This document shows positions 46,960 through 57,517 of a stretch of DNA of 64,000 bases, one piece after another. Source of the stretch: Candidatus Nomurabacteria bacterium (GTDB taxonomy: Bacteria; Patescibacteriota; Minisyncoccia; Phycocordibacterales; UBA5272); the NCBI GenBank assembly GCA_028286645.1, contig JAQBRF010000003.1, positions 12,323 through 76,322 of the forward strand. The letters run 5' to 3'. The notes under the pieces were generated by a model, which saw only the letters and a list, made by a program, of their open reading frames with translations, searched no databases and had not been told where the DNA came from. The translations under genes and the position numbers were made by a program. Each line of letters begins with the position of its first letter. The stretch's first letter is position 1.

Positions 46960-49323
46960 ATGTTCACAATTGTCACTTCATTATATAGATCTTCAGAGTA
47001 TTTACCGGGTTTTTTAGAAAAAACAGAAAAATTACATAAACAGCTTCATTTTAGGGGCGTTACTTTTGAACACATTATTATCACAAATGATATAACAAAA
47101 GAAGAGGATGAGATATTTAATAAACAGACATTAACCATCAGACGCATAGATGTGGCTCGCGAAACTCTATACGCTTCTTGGAATAGAGGAATCAAACTAA
47201 GCACTTACCCTTATATAACCTTCTGGAATGTTGATGATGACCGATATGTAGAAGCATTCGAAGAAGCTGAGGTACTATTAAAAAAAGAGAGAAAGGAAAT
47301 TATGTATTTCCCTTTTGTATACAAACGCTACATTGTTGCGGGTCCGATTAATATTTTAGTTAAAAAATACGTAGTTCACCCCGCTCTCTTTGATAAAGAA
47401 AGATTCCAGAGGGAAATGCATTTAGGGCCATTTTTTATATTGCACAAAAATATATTTGATACTATTGCTCTATTTAGAGAAGATTTAAAAATTACTGGAG
47501 ATTTTGAATTTAATAGACGTGCCGCAGAAATATATTCGTTTACACGTATGGACTCTATCGCAGGATCTTTTAATAGTTACGGGAAGGGTTTGTCTACTAC
47601 CAGTAAAGAACAAATATTTAAAGAAATCAATTCATACAATGAGCCCTCCCCCTCGCGCTCTCTGATTACTTCCTGCTCTAATAAGTTTTTCCCTTCAGTT
47701 ATAAACTTAATTGGGTCCATTAAAAAGAACTACCCTGCTCACCCGCCAATTTTTGTATATGATTTAGGATTATTCCCTTCTTTTAGGAAGGAGCTGTCTA
47801 AAATGGATAATGTAATAGTAGTTTCAATTCCTCCCTTTGCCCCTCATTATTTAAGTTGCTACACATGGAAAACATACATCCCACAACATCCAATAGCCGC
47901 ATTAAATTTATATCTCGATGCAGGAACACAAGTACAAAAGCCTCTTGATGAACTCTTTGAAAAGATTCAAACAAATGGCTATATGTTTGTTGACCAAGGA
48001 GACGAGGTTATAAATAAAGATATAATTTCTCCTGAATTAATTTCTAAATACGAAATATCAGAAGATGTTTTAAAACGTAAAGTAATCACCGCGGGGATTA
48101 TGGGTTTTACTAATTCTAACCAAAATATAGAGAAGCTATGGGACACTCTTTATACAGCTGGGAAAGAAGGAGATTGTCTTGGTTTTTCTAAGAATGAAAT
48201 GTGGAAGAGCAAAGGCAGAAATAAAACTGAGATAATAAGAGGCTGTAAAATATTCCGGCATGATACGACCATATTGTCTGTGCTTGCGCCATCGATTATA
48301 CATGATATAAAAGTTGAAGATATTAAAAACTTTTCACCTCTGATAACGGGAAGATCTCAATACATTTATAATTTAAGATTAAATTATAAATCCTTGCCAT
48401 ACATAAATACCCCTTTAAAAGAAACTTACAATTATTTAGAATCACTGGTTTACTACTTTAATAGGATATATATATACGGATTCATTTCTTTAAAAAGAAT
48501 TAGACACTACATCCCGACTTTATTTTTAAGTGGCGAGGAGACCATTCAATCAATATTTAACTTAAAGTTCATGGACGATCTTCATGAATATCCTTCACAA
48601 ACTAGCAATATCCGCTATTATCACTTTTTAAAAGCTAGAGTTATTAGAAAGTTTTTAAATAGATCCCAAAATCAAAATCCGATTTTAAATGTAAATCTTT
48701 TAGATGCGGGGGCAGGACGTGGGCCATATAGTTATTTAGCTTCGCCATTATTTGATACGGTCTATTGCGACGAAATGAATCTAAATGAACTTTCCATAGC
48801 AAGAGATCGCTTAAAAGAAAAAGCCAACATCTTATTTGAAAATAATAATTTAATTTCTACTAAATATCCTACTAATTTCTTTGATGCAATAACCTGTTCA
48901 GAAGTATTAGAACATATTGAAAAAAGATCTGCCGCTGTGAAAGAACTATATAGAATATTAAAGCCTAATGGAAGAGCTCTCATTTCTATGCCGCAAAAAA
49001 ATAGTCTGTTCTATATGTTTGCCCGATTTAAGCATAGAAAAATACTTAATAAAAAAGAAGAACAAATGACGCCCGACGAATGGGAATTTGCCCAACATTT
49101 TAAGTTTGACAGTAGAGATATTAAAAGATTATTAAAAGATGGAGGCTTTGAAATACTAACAACAAGCGGAGCCGCCACACTTCCTGTTGGAGAAAGAACA
49201 TTTTCGCTTCTGTATAATAAAGCCCCATTTTTACTTAATATATATATTCACTTAGAATTTCTTTTAGAGAAGCTATTCCCCTCTTTTTCTGCATTCTATT
49301 TTGTGGAAGTCAAAAAAGCATAA
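46960..49323 (+). CDS. Multidomain protein: two GT-A-like glycosyltransferase domains plus a C-terminal class I SAM methyltransferase
   Basis: An N-terminal GT2-like region (TSLYRSSEYL, NVDDDR), a central nucleotide-sugar transferase-like region, and a C-terminal MTase motif I LLDAGAGRGPYS with LKPNGRALISMP. Confidence 0.55.
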   Translation: MFTIVTSLYRSSEYLPGFLEKTEKLHKQLHFRGVTFEHIIITNDITKEEDEIFNKQTLTIRRIDVARETLYASWNRGIKLSTYPYITFWNVDDDRYVEAFEEAEVLLKKERKEIMYFPFVYKRYIVAGPINILVKKYVVHPALFDKERFQREMHLGPFFILHKNIFDTIALFREDLKITGDFEFNRRAAEIYSFTRMDSIAGSFNSYGKGLSTTSKEQIFKEINSYNEPSPSRSLITSCSNKFFPSVINLIGSIKKNYPAHPPIFVYDLGLFPSFRKELSKMDNVIVVSIPPFAPHYLSCYTWKTYIPQHPIAALNLYLDAGTQVQKPLDELFEKIQTNGYMFVDQGDEVINKDIISPELISKYEISEDVLKRKVITAGIMGFTNSNQNIEKLWDTLYTAGKEGDCLGFSKNEMWKSKGRNKTEIIRGCKIFRHDTTILSVLAPSIIHDIKVEDIKNFSPLITGRSQYIYNLRLNYKSLPYINTPLKETYNYLESLVYYFNRIYIYGFISLKRIRHYIPTLFLSGEETIQSIFNLKFMDDLHEYPSQTSNIRYYHFLKARVIRKFLNRSQNQNPILNVNLLDAGAGRGPYSYLASPLFDTVYCDEMNLNELSIARDRLKEKANILFENNNLISTKYPTNFFDAITCSEVLEHIEKRSAAVKELYRILKPNGRALISMPQKNSLFYMFARFKHRKILNKKEEQMTPDEWEFAQHFKFDSRDIKRLLKDGGFEILTTSGAATLPVGERTFSLLYNKAPFLLNIYIHLEFLLEKLFPSFSAFYFVEVKKA

Positions 49324-49364
49324 ATCACCCGTTAGTTTAAAAGTGTTATTATAGAAGCATAAAC

Positions 49365-50303
49365 ATGAAAGTCATTACACTGGTTCCAGTAAAAAATGAA
49401 GAGTGGATACTTCCTTATAGTTTAAAAAACTTCTCATCATTTTCTGATGTCATTATAATGGCAGACCAGAGATCTACAGACAACACAGTCGCAATTTGCA
49501 AAACCTTTGATAAAGTGCGAGTAATAGAAAATCCATATAAAGAACACACTAATGAGATTAGATGGCTACTTCTTGATGAGGCCCGTAAATACGAAGGTGA
49601 TAAAATTATAATTTGTTTAGACGCTGATGAGCTAATCAGCCCTGACGCCATTATAGAAATGAAAAGGTGGGCAGCCGACACAAATAGTCCTATTGGATTT
49701 TCTTCTAGATGGATTCAGGCTTACGGGTCTATAAAAACTTATCGAGAGGATGGAGTATGGAAAGATAATTATAAGCCCTTTGCCTTTTTAGATTCTCCTT
49801 CGCTTGATTATAATCGCGTCACTGTCACCAACGACCATGCCCCTAGAATTCCTTATATAGAAAATATGCATGTTTTATCTTCGCCTATTATCCATCTTCA
49901 ATATCTTGCCAGATTACGATCGGAGCTTAAACAGGCATTCTATATGTGCAAAGAACTCTTAGAAGGAAGAAGTCCGAGAGCTATAAACTACCGGTATTCA
50001 GCTGCCAAGTTTTCAAATAAAATTCCAATAAAATCTATAGATGAAAAATGGTTAGCTGGAATACAAATTCCCGGAAATGACATATTTGCTTCATATGATC
50101 CAAACAAACTAAGTGATATACGACATTTATTTGATCAAAAAGGAATTCTCTACTTTGAAAATCTTGATATTTGGGATATAGAACTGCTAAAAAAAGATTT
50201 CGTAGAAAAGACTGGCAGGCTCCCTTATCCCAAAAAATATCCACTTTTCCTGGTAAAAGCTAACAATATAAAAAACAAAATCAAAAGTGCTATAATGCAT
50301 TAA
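49365..50303 (+). CDS. Glycosyltransferase family 2-like protein (putative)
   Basis: VPVKNEEWIL and LDADE (DXD) form a GT-A-like N-terminus. Confidence 0.45.
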   Translation: MKVITLVPVKNEEWILPYSLKNFSSFSDVIIMADQRSTDNTVAICKTFDKVRVIENPYKEHTNEIRWLLLDEARKYEGDKIIICLDADELISPDAIIEMKRWAADTNSPIGFSSRWIQAYGSIKTYREDGVWKDNYKPFAFLDSPSLDYNRVTVTNDHAPRIPYIENMHVLSSPIIHLQYLARLRSELKQAFYMCKELLEGRSPRAINYRYSAAKFSNKIPIKSIDEKWLAGIQIPGNDIFASYDPNKLSDIRHLFDQKGILYFENLDIWDIELLKKDFVEKTGRLPYPKKYPLFLVKANNIKNKIKSAIMH

Positions 50304-50309
50304 AATTAT

Positions 50310-51239
50310 ATGAATAATCAAGAAAGAGAAGAACTGAAGAAAAAGATCCTAAAACGATATGAGCTCTATAAACTTCAAGGAAGCCGATTTAAAAGGATTT
50401 TAAAAGATCCTTTTAGGACAATTATTTATTACATAATGCAGGCAGCTGGATATATACATCCTTACAAAGTAAATTATAAAACCATGTGGGGAGATAAGAT
50501 GTCATTTTATTTACCTGAAGGAGGAGCAATCTACTATTATGGATTTTTTGAAGCGAACTTAAGCAATTTCCTTATTAATTTCTTGCATCCCGGAGACGTA
50601 TTTTTAGATGTTGGAGCACATGTTGGGTACTATACAATGCTTGCTAGCAGCCTAGTAGAGGAAAGTGGGAAAGTTTATAGTTTTGAACCTACCCCCAGAA
50701 CATTTGAGAGTTTAAAAAATAATGCGGCAGCCAAAAAAAATATAGTTGTAAATAATAATGCAGTTTTTAATGAAGAAACGGAAATTGAGTTTTTTGATTA
50801 CGGACCAAAATATAGCGCATTTAATTCTTTCCAGGCAAGAACTAGCGAAGACATTTATTTTAAAGATGAGGCGAAAAGAATTCTTGTTAAGACCATACCG
50901 CTAGACTTGTATTGCCAAAGAAATTCTATTTTACCCACTATAATAAAAATAGATGCAGAAGGGTCAGAGCATTTAATCTTAGAAACAATGATCAATTTAC
51001 TGGATAAGGCTCATACATTAGTTACTATTGAAGTTGCGGGCGGAGAAGAATGGAAAGATAACTGCTCCAAATCTATCAATATTTTACTTTCTCACGGGTA
51101 TGTTCCTTTTGAGATTTCCTTAGATGGATACTTAAAGCCTCATACTATCAAAGATGTTTATGGGTATGATAACCTTTTATTTGCTCATAAAGAACACCTA
51201 GATAAAATCGCCAAGGTCTTGGAGGAGGTCAAGCAGTAG
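50310..51239 (+). CDS. FkbM-family methyltransferase (second copy)
   Basis: FLDVGAHVGYYT...SFEPTPRTF and KIDAEGSEHLIL. Confidence 0.8.
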   Translation: MNNQEREELKKKILKRYELYKLQGSRFKRILKDPFRTIIYYIMQAAGYIHPYKVNYKTMWGDKMSFYLPEGGAIYYYGFFEANLSNFLINFLHPGDVFLDVGAHVGYYTMLASSLVEESGKVYSFEPTPRTFESLKNNAAAKKNIVVNNNAVFNEETEIEFFDYGPKYSAFNSFQARTSEDIYFKDEAKRILVKTIPLDLYCQRNSILPTIIKIDAEGSEHLILETMINLLDKAHTLVTIEVAGGEEWKDNCSKSINILLSHGYVPFEISLDGYLKPHTIKDVYGYDNLLFAHKEHLDKIAKVLEEVKQ

Positions 51240-51244
51240 TCTTA

Positions 51245-52498
51245 ATGAATATGAGAGAAAAAATAAAATTCCTTCTTAAACATTCTCCTATATTTATAAA
51301 GACTTCGATTCTTCATCTGAGGGAGGGCTATTTTTCATTTGTTTCTTCTATAAAAGAAGGAAGGCAATACCCTAATATAATTAAAACTAGGCAGCTTAGA
51401 AAAGAAGTCAGGAACATTCTCATTTATCATATCTCTGGCATGAGTTTTGGCGGCACCGAAAAGGGTCTACAATTAATAGCAAATAACTTAACTGATGAAT
51501 ATACAGTTTACTTTATGTACTCAAGTAAAAGCTTATCGAAAAGACAACAGGAGCTAATGAATCAGAAAGTCCATCTTATAGAATTTACTTATTCGGACGT
51601 AGAAAGCAAATTCCCTTATTTTATCCACGGCATGAACCCGCATGTGAAGGATATCATCAACCAAAAAAATATTGATTTATTTATTACTGCGGACGCTGGC
51701 CATTCCCAGTATCCATTTAACACAATAAAAGATATCCCGATTATAATGATTAATATATTCGGTTCTCCCACCCTTCAGAAAAACATTGTGGCAAATGTTT
51801 TCCTCTCAGAAACTGTAAAAAAATATTCAGAGCAATTTACAGGCAAAAGAGAGAGTAACGAGGTGGCTTTTCTTCCGGTCTCTCCTCCAGAAATTGACAC
51901 GGAAAAAACTGGCGAAGAATTAAGAGAAAAACTTAATATAAAAGTAGCAGACTTTGTTTTTGGAAGGATTGGAAGAGATTCAGATAGCATATTCGATCCG
52001 ATCGGCATAGAAGCATTTAAAAAAGTCGTTAAAGAGCTCCCGAATTCACATTATTTAATCATGTCTCCACCGCCTATTCTTGTAGAAAAAGTTAAAAAAG
52101 AGAAGATCCCTAATGTCCACTTCGTAGAAAAGGGCGGTAATATTTGGGAATTTTATGGGGCGATTGATTGTTTAGCACATTTCCGGTTAGACGGTGAGAC
52201 TTCAGGTCTTAATATTGCTGAAGCAATGTATATAGGCAAGCCCATCATTTCTCACAAATCCCACATTTGGAATGCTCATTTAGAATATTTAGATAATAAA
52301 TTTTCTCGCGTAGCAGAAAAGGATGACATACTCCAATACAAATCTTACATGGAAGAATTTATAAACATCAAGAAAAATCGACCAGAGGAGTGGGGCGAAA
52401 TGAAAGAAGAAGCAAGGAGAGTAGCTGAGGAAAAATTTTCTGAAAAGAAGTATGTGGAAACTATTAAGAAGGTAATAAGTTCTATAGAACTAAAATAA
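51245..52498 (+). CDS. Glycosyltransferase family 4 (GT-B)
   Basis: The C-terminal GETSGLNIAEAMYIGKPIIS matches the GT4 E-x7-E region. Confidence 0.65.
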   Translation: MNMREKIKFLLKHSPIFIKTSILHLREGYFSFVSSIKEGRQYPNIIKTRQLRKEVRNILIYHISGMSFGGTEKGLQLIANNLTDEYTVYFMYSSKSLSKRQQELMNQKVHLIEFTYSDVESKFPYFIHGMNPHVKDIINQKNIDLFITADAGHSQYPFNTIKDIPIIMINIFGSPTLQKNIVANVFLSETVKKYSEQFTGKRESNEVAFLPVSPPEIDTEKTGEELREKLNIKVADFVFGRIGRDSDSIFDPIGIEAFKKVVKELPNSHYLIMSPPPILVEKVKKEKIPNVHFVEKGGNIWEFYGAIDCLAHFRLDGETSGLNIAEAMYIGKPIISHKSHIWNAHLEYLDNKFSRVAEKDDILQYKSYMEEFINIKKNRPEEWGEMKEEARRVAEEKFSEKKYVETIKKVISSIELK

Positions 52499-53869
52499 TC
52501 CCTTTATCCAACTAACAAGCCGGGTATCCTTTTGAGACTTTGAGGTTGAAGCCGCCATAGGTATGGATGATACGGTATTCGTAGATGAGTCCACGACCTT
52601 AGTGCTGGTCGCCATAGTCGCAGATTTCACTTTTGAAACTTTTACCGAGGCTTTTTTTGCCTTTGTTACAGTTTTACTGAGAGCTGGTTTTTTAATTTCC
52701 TGAAATACCGGCATAGTTGTAGTCGCTACCCCTAGAACAATTTGTTCTGGTACTTTTGGAATATATCTTGTGACTTCTTCCAAGGTAGGGAAAAGTATTC
52801 TTACTTCTGTAGATGACCAAATTGTCGTACTCGCAAAACCGAGAGCCAGTCCTGAAATTCTTGTAGTAGCCCCTCCTGGAATAAGGGTGTTTTTAGGAAA
52901 TGGATAAATAGCCCCTCCGACAGAAAGCTTCCATTGTGAAAAGTCCAAATCATATCTATTAGGATTTATTACATCTATATAAGATCCATATTTGCCCGAA
53001 CCAGTATTTACAATTGAAATATCTGGAGGTATTACAGTTACAATCATTCTGCCAATACCTAAAATAAGACCATTCCCCACTTCTGCTTGAGCGATATATC
53101 TACCTGGATATGCATATGCATATTCTGTTGTGGTTCCATTTGCCTGCCCACCGTCCCCAAATGCCCATGTGACATTTGGATTGTCTATGTTTCTTCCTGC
53201 GCGTGTCATAGCCGCAACAGAAAAAGTTGAGAGAGCGCCTGCTACTACCACCTTTTCAGGTGCCATATAAATCATAATATCTGAACTTGGCGGAGAAGTT
53301 TGTTTTATCGTTCCTTGATTATCCGTAGTAGTTGCATTTGGAGTAATCGGAGCAATGGTTGTGCTAGTAGAAGTATTAGAAGAGATTTCATTAACAGACC
53401 CGGGAGTTCCATTTCCTTTCACCCATAAACTATTTATTAAAGAAAGTGTTGTCCCATCATCATTACCTCCAAGCGTTGGATTATATGTAACTGAATCAAT
53501 GATTGCACCCGTGTTATCTTTTACAGCAAGTGGTTCACCAGTATTTGATAAAGAAAACGAACTGTCATAAAGCACCCCAGTATAAGAAGGAAAATCAATT
53601 AGAAACTTAGCAGGATTATCTGCAATGACTGCGTAACTATTTGAATTCAGTTTCCCCGACCCCGCAAAAGAAGTAATGCCATGATTCGTATTGCTCTCAT
53701 TAAATTTCCAAGCAGTTAAGTCAATATCATTACTAGTGTCGTTATAAATTTCTACCCACTCTCTTCCGGCATCAGACCCTTGCGGGTCATACATTATTTC
53801 AGAAATATATAAAGCATGTGTCATTATGACACCGGAACAAATAACTAATAAGGTTATTGTGTACCTCAT
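52490..53869 (-). CDS. Secreted lamin-tail-domain (LTD) protein with PKD-like middle domain, second LTD-like domain and Ser/Thr-rich C-terminal tail
   Basis: ISEIMYDPQGSDAGREWVEIYN...SFSLSNTGEPLAVKD..G..IDSVTY is the LTD consensus. An N-terminal signal peptide is present. Confidence 0.65.
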   Translation of the reverse strand: MRYTITLLVICSGVIMTHALYISEIMYDPQGSDAGREWVEIYNDTSNDIDLTAWKFNESNTNHGITSFAGSGKLNSNSYAVIADNPAKFLIDFPSYTGVLYDSSFSLSNTGEPLAVKDNTGAIIDSVTYNPTLGGNDDGTTLSLINSLWVKGNGTPGSVNEISSNTSTSTTIAPITPNATTTDNQGTIKQTSPPSSDIMIYMAPEKVVVAGALSTFSVAAMTRAGRNIDNPNVTWAFGDGGQANGTTTEYAYAYPGRYIAQAEVGNGLILGIGRMIVTVIPPDISIVNTGSGKYGSYIDVINPNRYDLDFSQWKLSVGGAIYPFPKNTLIPGGATTRISGLALGFASTTIWSSTEVRILFPTLEEVTRYIPKVPEQIVLGVATTTMPVFQEIKKPALSKTVTKAKKASVKVSKVKSATMATSTKVVDSSTNTVSSIPMAASTSKSQKDTRLVSWIKGLF

Positions 53870-53885
53870 AAAAATGATTTAATTA

Positions 53886-55667
53886 TTATTCTATAAGTTT
53901 CCGAAGTACATCCTCCGGAACTTCTGCACTTATCTTTTGAGTAGCGACTTTAGTTTCTACACTTACTTTTACATCTTTGTCTTCTGCGTTACCTTCTACT
54001 TTTTCTTTTTTATGTTCCTCCATTGCGCGAGCCAATGCATCTTTTAATGACATAGCTGGTGTGCCCCCGACTTCTGCCGGCTTCCTTTCTTCGGTTCGTT
54101 CTTCTCTTCTAGGATTATTTCTCGGAGCTCTTTGAGCCCTTCTGTCTTCCTGTCTCCTTCTTTCCTCTTCTCTTCTTTTTTCATCTTCTGCTATATTTTT
54201 CCTATCAAGCTCCATCATTGCTTTAGCCTGCGAATCTTCCTGATTAGTAGGTTCAGGTTTATATTCTCTTCTTGGAGGCAATGGTGTATCATTCCTTATC
54301 TGCCTTACATTTACCTGTCTTTCTGTAGGCTCTTCTCTTCTTTTTTCTTCTTTTATAACCGGTTTGTAAAAATCATTAATTTCTTGCTCAACTTCGGCAA
54401 CAGGTCTTCCATAAGCTTTCCTGGAATACGCTATAACAGCCTGAGCTGAAGAAATGGCAGGCTTTTGGATCGCAGGGAGTGTGTGGGCAGAAAATGGCCT
54501 AGAGCCTTGTCCATCTATCATCAGTCTTAAATATACCTGATAGGCGGAAAGGTTAACGAAGTCATCGAGTATAAAGTATGGAGCGAACTCTTTCTCGAAC
54601 ATTTCCGCATCCGTCGCGCCCACGCGAAATACTATCATCGTTCCCACGTTTCCAAATACCGCCGACTTCACTTCGTCTGTCATCTGTTCTACATATTGGT
54701 GGGCAACCGTTAAAGCGAGATTGTACTTTCTGGCTTCAGATAAAATACTTGCGAACGATTCATTGGCGAAGTTTTGGAATTCATCCACGTACAAATAAAA
54801 TGGCGGAAGACTTTCAAGCTCATACGGACCGGCGTCTGCTCGTGACATTGCAGCTAGGTAAATTTTCGTAATTAAAAGTGATCCGATCAAATTCGCATTT
54901 CCCTCTCCTACTTTTCCTTTAGAAAGGTTAACTATTAGAATCTTTTTAGTATCCATGGCGTCTCGCAAATCAATAGAAGTGCGCTGCTGTCCGACAATAT
55001 TTCTGATGAGAGGATTTCCAGCAAATTGTCCCACTTTGTTTTGTATGGCCGGCGCTGCTTCTTGAGCGAATCTTTCTGAGTAGTTCGCATATTCCTTTTC
55101 CCAGAATTCTTTAACTGTCGGATCTGTTACATTAGAAACAATCCACTTTCTATAATCTTTATCAGTAAGCATTCTGTTTACCCCGAGCAAGCTCTGCCCA
55201 TCATTTTCAAGCAAGGCCAAAATTATATTATTTAAAATGTATTCCATTCGGGCACTGAATGTCCCCTTTCCATCCGAATCTACGAATGTTTTCTTAAATG
55301 CAGCCATAATGCCGTTTGCCACTAAGTGCCGCTTTTCCTTATCTACTTTTTCCAAAACATTCAACCCAATTGGAGAGTCGGTATCAAATGGTGCAAAGTA
55401 AATCACATCTTTTATGCGAGATTCTGGGATAAAGTCCAGCATTTTTTCCGCCATGCTTCCGTGAGGATCGATTATACACACCCCTTCTCCGTTTTGAATA
55501 TCTTGCACGGCCATATTTTCAAGCAAGGTGGATTTACCCATACCTGTTTTACCAATGATATATGTATGGCGAGTTCGGTCTCCTTTTTTTATGCCGAATG
55601 TAACCGCTTTATTGCGATAATCAATCTTGCCAAGATATGTTAACTTTTCTGGAATAGGTTCAGCCAT
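53886..55667 (-). CDS. TraD/VirD4-like coupling-protein ATPase (type IV secretion DNA-binding domain family) with an R/E-rich C-terminal tail
   Basis: Walker A IIGKTGMGKST, a Walker B-like YLYVDEFQNF and ARKYNLALTVAHQYVEQM (the HerA/TraD/FtsK-type arginine-finger region). The low-complexity basic/acidic tail spans ~150 aa. Confidence 0.55.
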   Translation of the reverse strand: MAEPIPEKLTYLGKIDYRNKAVTFGIKKGDRTRHTYIIGKTGMGKSTLLENMAVQDIQNGEGVCIIDPHGSMAEKMLDFIPESRIKDVIYFAPFDTDSPIGLNVLEKVDKEKRHLVANGIMAAFKKTFVDSDGKGTFSARMEYILNNIILALLENDGQSLLGVNRMLTDKDYRKWIVSNVTDPTVKEFWEKEYANYSERFAQEAAPAIQNKVGQFAGNPLIRNIVGQQRTSIDLRDAMDTKKILIVNLSKGKVGEGNANLIGSLLITKIYLAAMSRADAGPYELESLPPFYLYVDEFQNFANESFASILSEARKYNLALTVAHQYVEQMTDEVKSAVFGNVGTMIVFRVGATDAEMFEKEFAPYFILDDFVNLSAYQVYLRLMIDGQGSRPFSAHTLPAIQKPAISSAQAVIAYSRKAYGRPVAEVEQEINDFYKPVIKEEKRREEPTERQVNVRQIRNDTPLPPRREYKPEPTNQEDSQAKAMMELDRKNIAEDEKRREEERRRQEDRRAQRAPRNNPRREERTEERKPAEVGGTPAMSLKDALARAMEEHKKEKVEGNAEDKDVKVSVETKVATQKISAEVPEDVLRKLIE

Positions 55668-55694
55668 TGTGTACTAGTTTACAGTTTTCTGTTG

Positions 55695-56174
55695 TCAGTT
55701 ACCAGGGAATTGCTTACCATATTTCCTGATAAATCTTTGCCTATCTTTTAGAGTGTCAAACCAAAAAATAGTAGGATATTTTTTCTTTCCCTTTCTTATT
55801 AAGGCCTCATAACGATGATTCCCATCTCTTATAGAGAGGATGGGCCACGGTTGTGGATTAACAATCAGAACTGGCACCTCCCATCCTTTTTCTATTCCTT
55901 TCACCATATCATTTGCTCTTTTATTAAATTTCTTTAGTGGTTCTGGATACTCCATACTTTCTTCAGGGCCACAACATCGAGTAAGTTCTTTTAGTGGAAA
56001 ATTAATTGGCCCTATCCAAGAATGGTAACCCTTCTCTTTTCTAAGTTTTAATCCTTTGGCCATTCCTTTATTAATCCCAGGGCCGTGAAGAAATTCAAAC
56101 ACCCAGTCGTCTAGTTTTCCTTCTTTTGCATAAGCTTTCACTTCCTTTATGGAGAAATCGTATAACTTTTTCAT
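55695..56174 (-). CDS. ParB/Sulfiredoxin-fold domain protein
   Basis: SIRDGNHRYEAL matches the ParB N-terminal domain DGxHR motif. Confidence 0.45.
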   Translation of the reverse strand: MKKLYDFSIKEVKAYAKEGKLDDWVFEFLHGPGINKGMAKGLKLRKEKGYHSWIGPINFPLKELTRCCGPEESMEYPEPLKKFNKRANDMVKGIEKGWEVPVLIVNPQPWPILSIRDGNHRYEALIRKGKKKYPTIFWFDTLKDRQRFIRKYGKQFPGN

Positions 56175-56338
56175 TTGTTTATTATATATTGTTTTTTGAA
56201 AAAAGCTCCGACAATTAAAGGTTTCAAAGAGCCATAAATTGTTTCAGATTCTAGGCGCGGAGAAAAGTTTTTTGTAGGCGTACTCTGACGTACGACGGAG
56301 AAAAACTAGAGGCTCCGCAACAACGAAGATGAGATAAT

Positions 56339-57517
56339 TTATTGACTCTTAAGCGCTCCTAAGGTGTACGAATTCGCCGGATCCCAAAGCATCCAAGAAT
56401 TTATCCCTAATTTATATCCCGCATCAATTTGAGCTCGCACCATTTCAGCTGTGTATGTCGCTCCTAAATCAAAATCTTGATAAAACGGACGATACTTGGC
56501 TATATAAATCGAAGGATCCTGACCAGTACTCGACGCGACTTCTTGCGCGATTTTCACTCCAGCACTCATTGAATAAGTAATAATTTCTCCTGGGTGGTCT
56601 GCTGGATTCTTAAATCCATCTGTCCCTTCATAAAAGTGCGATGGATAAACCATTGGCGAAACATAATCAAATGTCTGAAGCGCCACATGCATATCCTGTC
56701 CAAGAGTTTTAATATCCACAGTTGTAAGCATTACAATGCCGAAGATATCTGCAGAAACGGGAATCTTTTCTTTGTGCAATGCATCCGTTATATATCGATA
56801 GAAATCTCCCACTACACCCGCTTTATCATTTAATCCTCTATCTCCAGAAATGGGGAATGTCATATCGGACAATTTACCGTCCGTTGGGAAGCGGATATAA
56901 TCTAAATTTATCTCATCAAACCCGCGGGCATATGCCTGTTTGGAAATGTCTAGTAGGTAATCCCACATGAGCTTATCTCCAGTATCTACCCATGGCACCC
57001 CTTTATTGTCCTTCCAGACGCCTCCTGTTGATTTAGAATGAACTGCCTCATCTGGGTGCGCCTTTACATAAGCAGGATCTTGAAATGCAGCGACGCGCCC
57101 TATTACATAAATATTTTTACTGTGGAGCTCTTTAACGAAATCATCCAAGTCTGAAACTCTCCCGTCCCATGAGACAAGTCCGGTATTATCCTTTACATCA
57201 ATCACCACTGCATTTACTTCTGTTGTATTAATAATCTTTACAAGCTTCGCTCGAAATGTTTTATCGCTTGCGACCCATGAAGACATATAAATCGCTTTTA
57301 CATTTACTGGAGTTTTAATGTGGGTAATTTCCACAGTTGCCGCCTCTCCTTTTACATTTGGTAAAATTGAATCGGCAGCATTCTTTGTCGAGCTTCCATT
57401 TGTATTAAAATATTCTGTGCCTAAGCTTTTAGAAAATCCGAGATCTTTATATCCGCTGACCGACATCCAGACGAAAAGAAGAAGTGCTATACCTATGATC
57501 CCAAATATGAACCTCAT
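56339..57517 (-). CDS. Putative secreted TIM-barrel glycoside hydrolase-like protein (DUF4015/GHL-type)
   Basis: A signal peptide, then conserved acidic blocks: AVVIDVKD, DEINLDYIRFP and WMLWDP. Confidence 0.45.
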   Translation of the reverse strand: MRFIFGIIGIALLLFVWMSVSGYKDLGFSKSLGTEYFNTNGSSTKNAADSILPNVKGEAATVEITHIKTPVNVKAIYMSSWVASDKTFRAKLVKIINTTEVNAVVIDVKDNTGLVSWDGRVSDLDDFVKELHSKNIYVIGRVAAFQDPAYVKAHPDEAVHSKSTGGVWKDNKGVPWVDTGDKLMWDYLLDISKQAYARGFDEINLDYIRFPTDGKLSDMTFPISGDRGLNDKAGVVGDFYRYITDALHKEKIPVSADIFGIVMLTTVDIKTLGQDMHVALQTFDYVSPMVYPSHFYEGTDGFKNPADHPGEIITYSMSAGVKIAQEVASSTGQDPSIYIAKYRPFYQDFDLGATYTAEMVRAQIDAGYKLGINSWMLWDPANSYTLGALKSQ

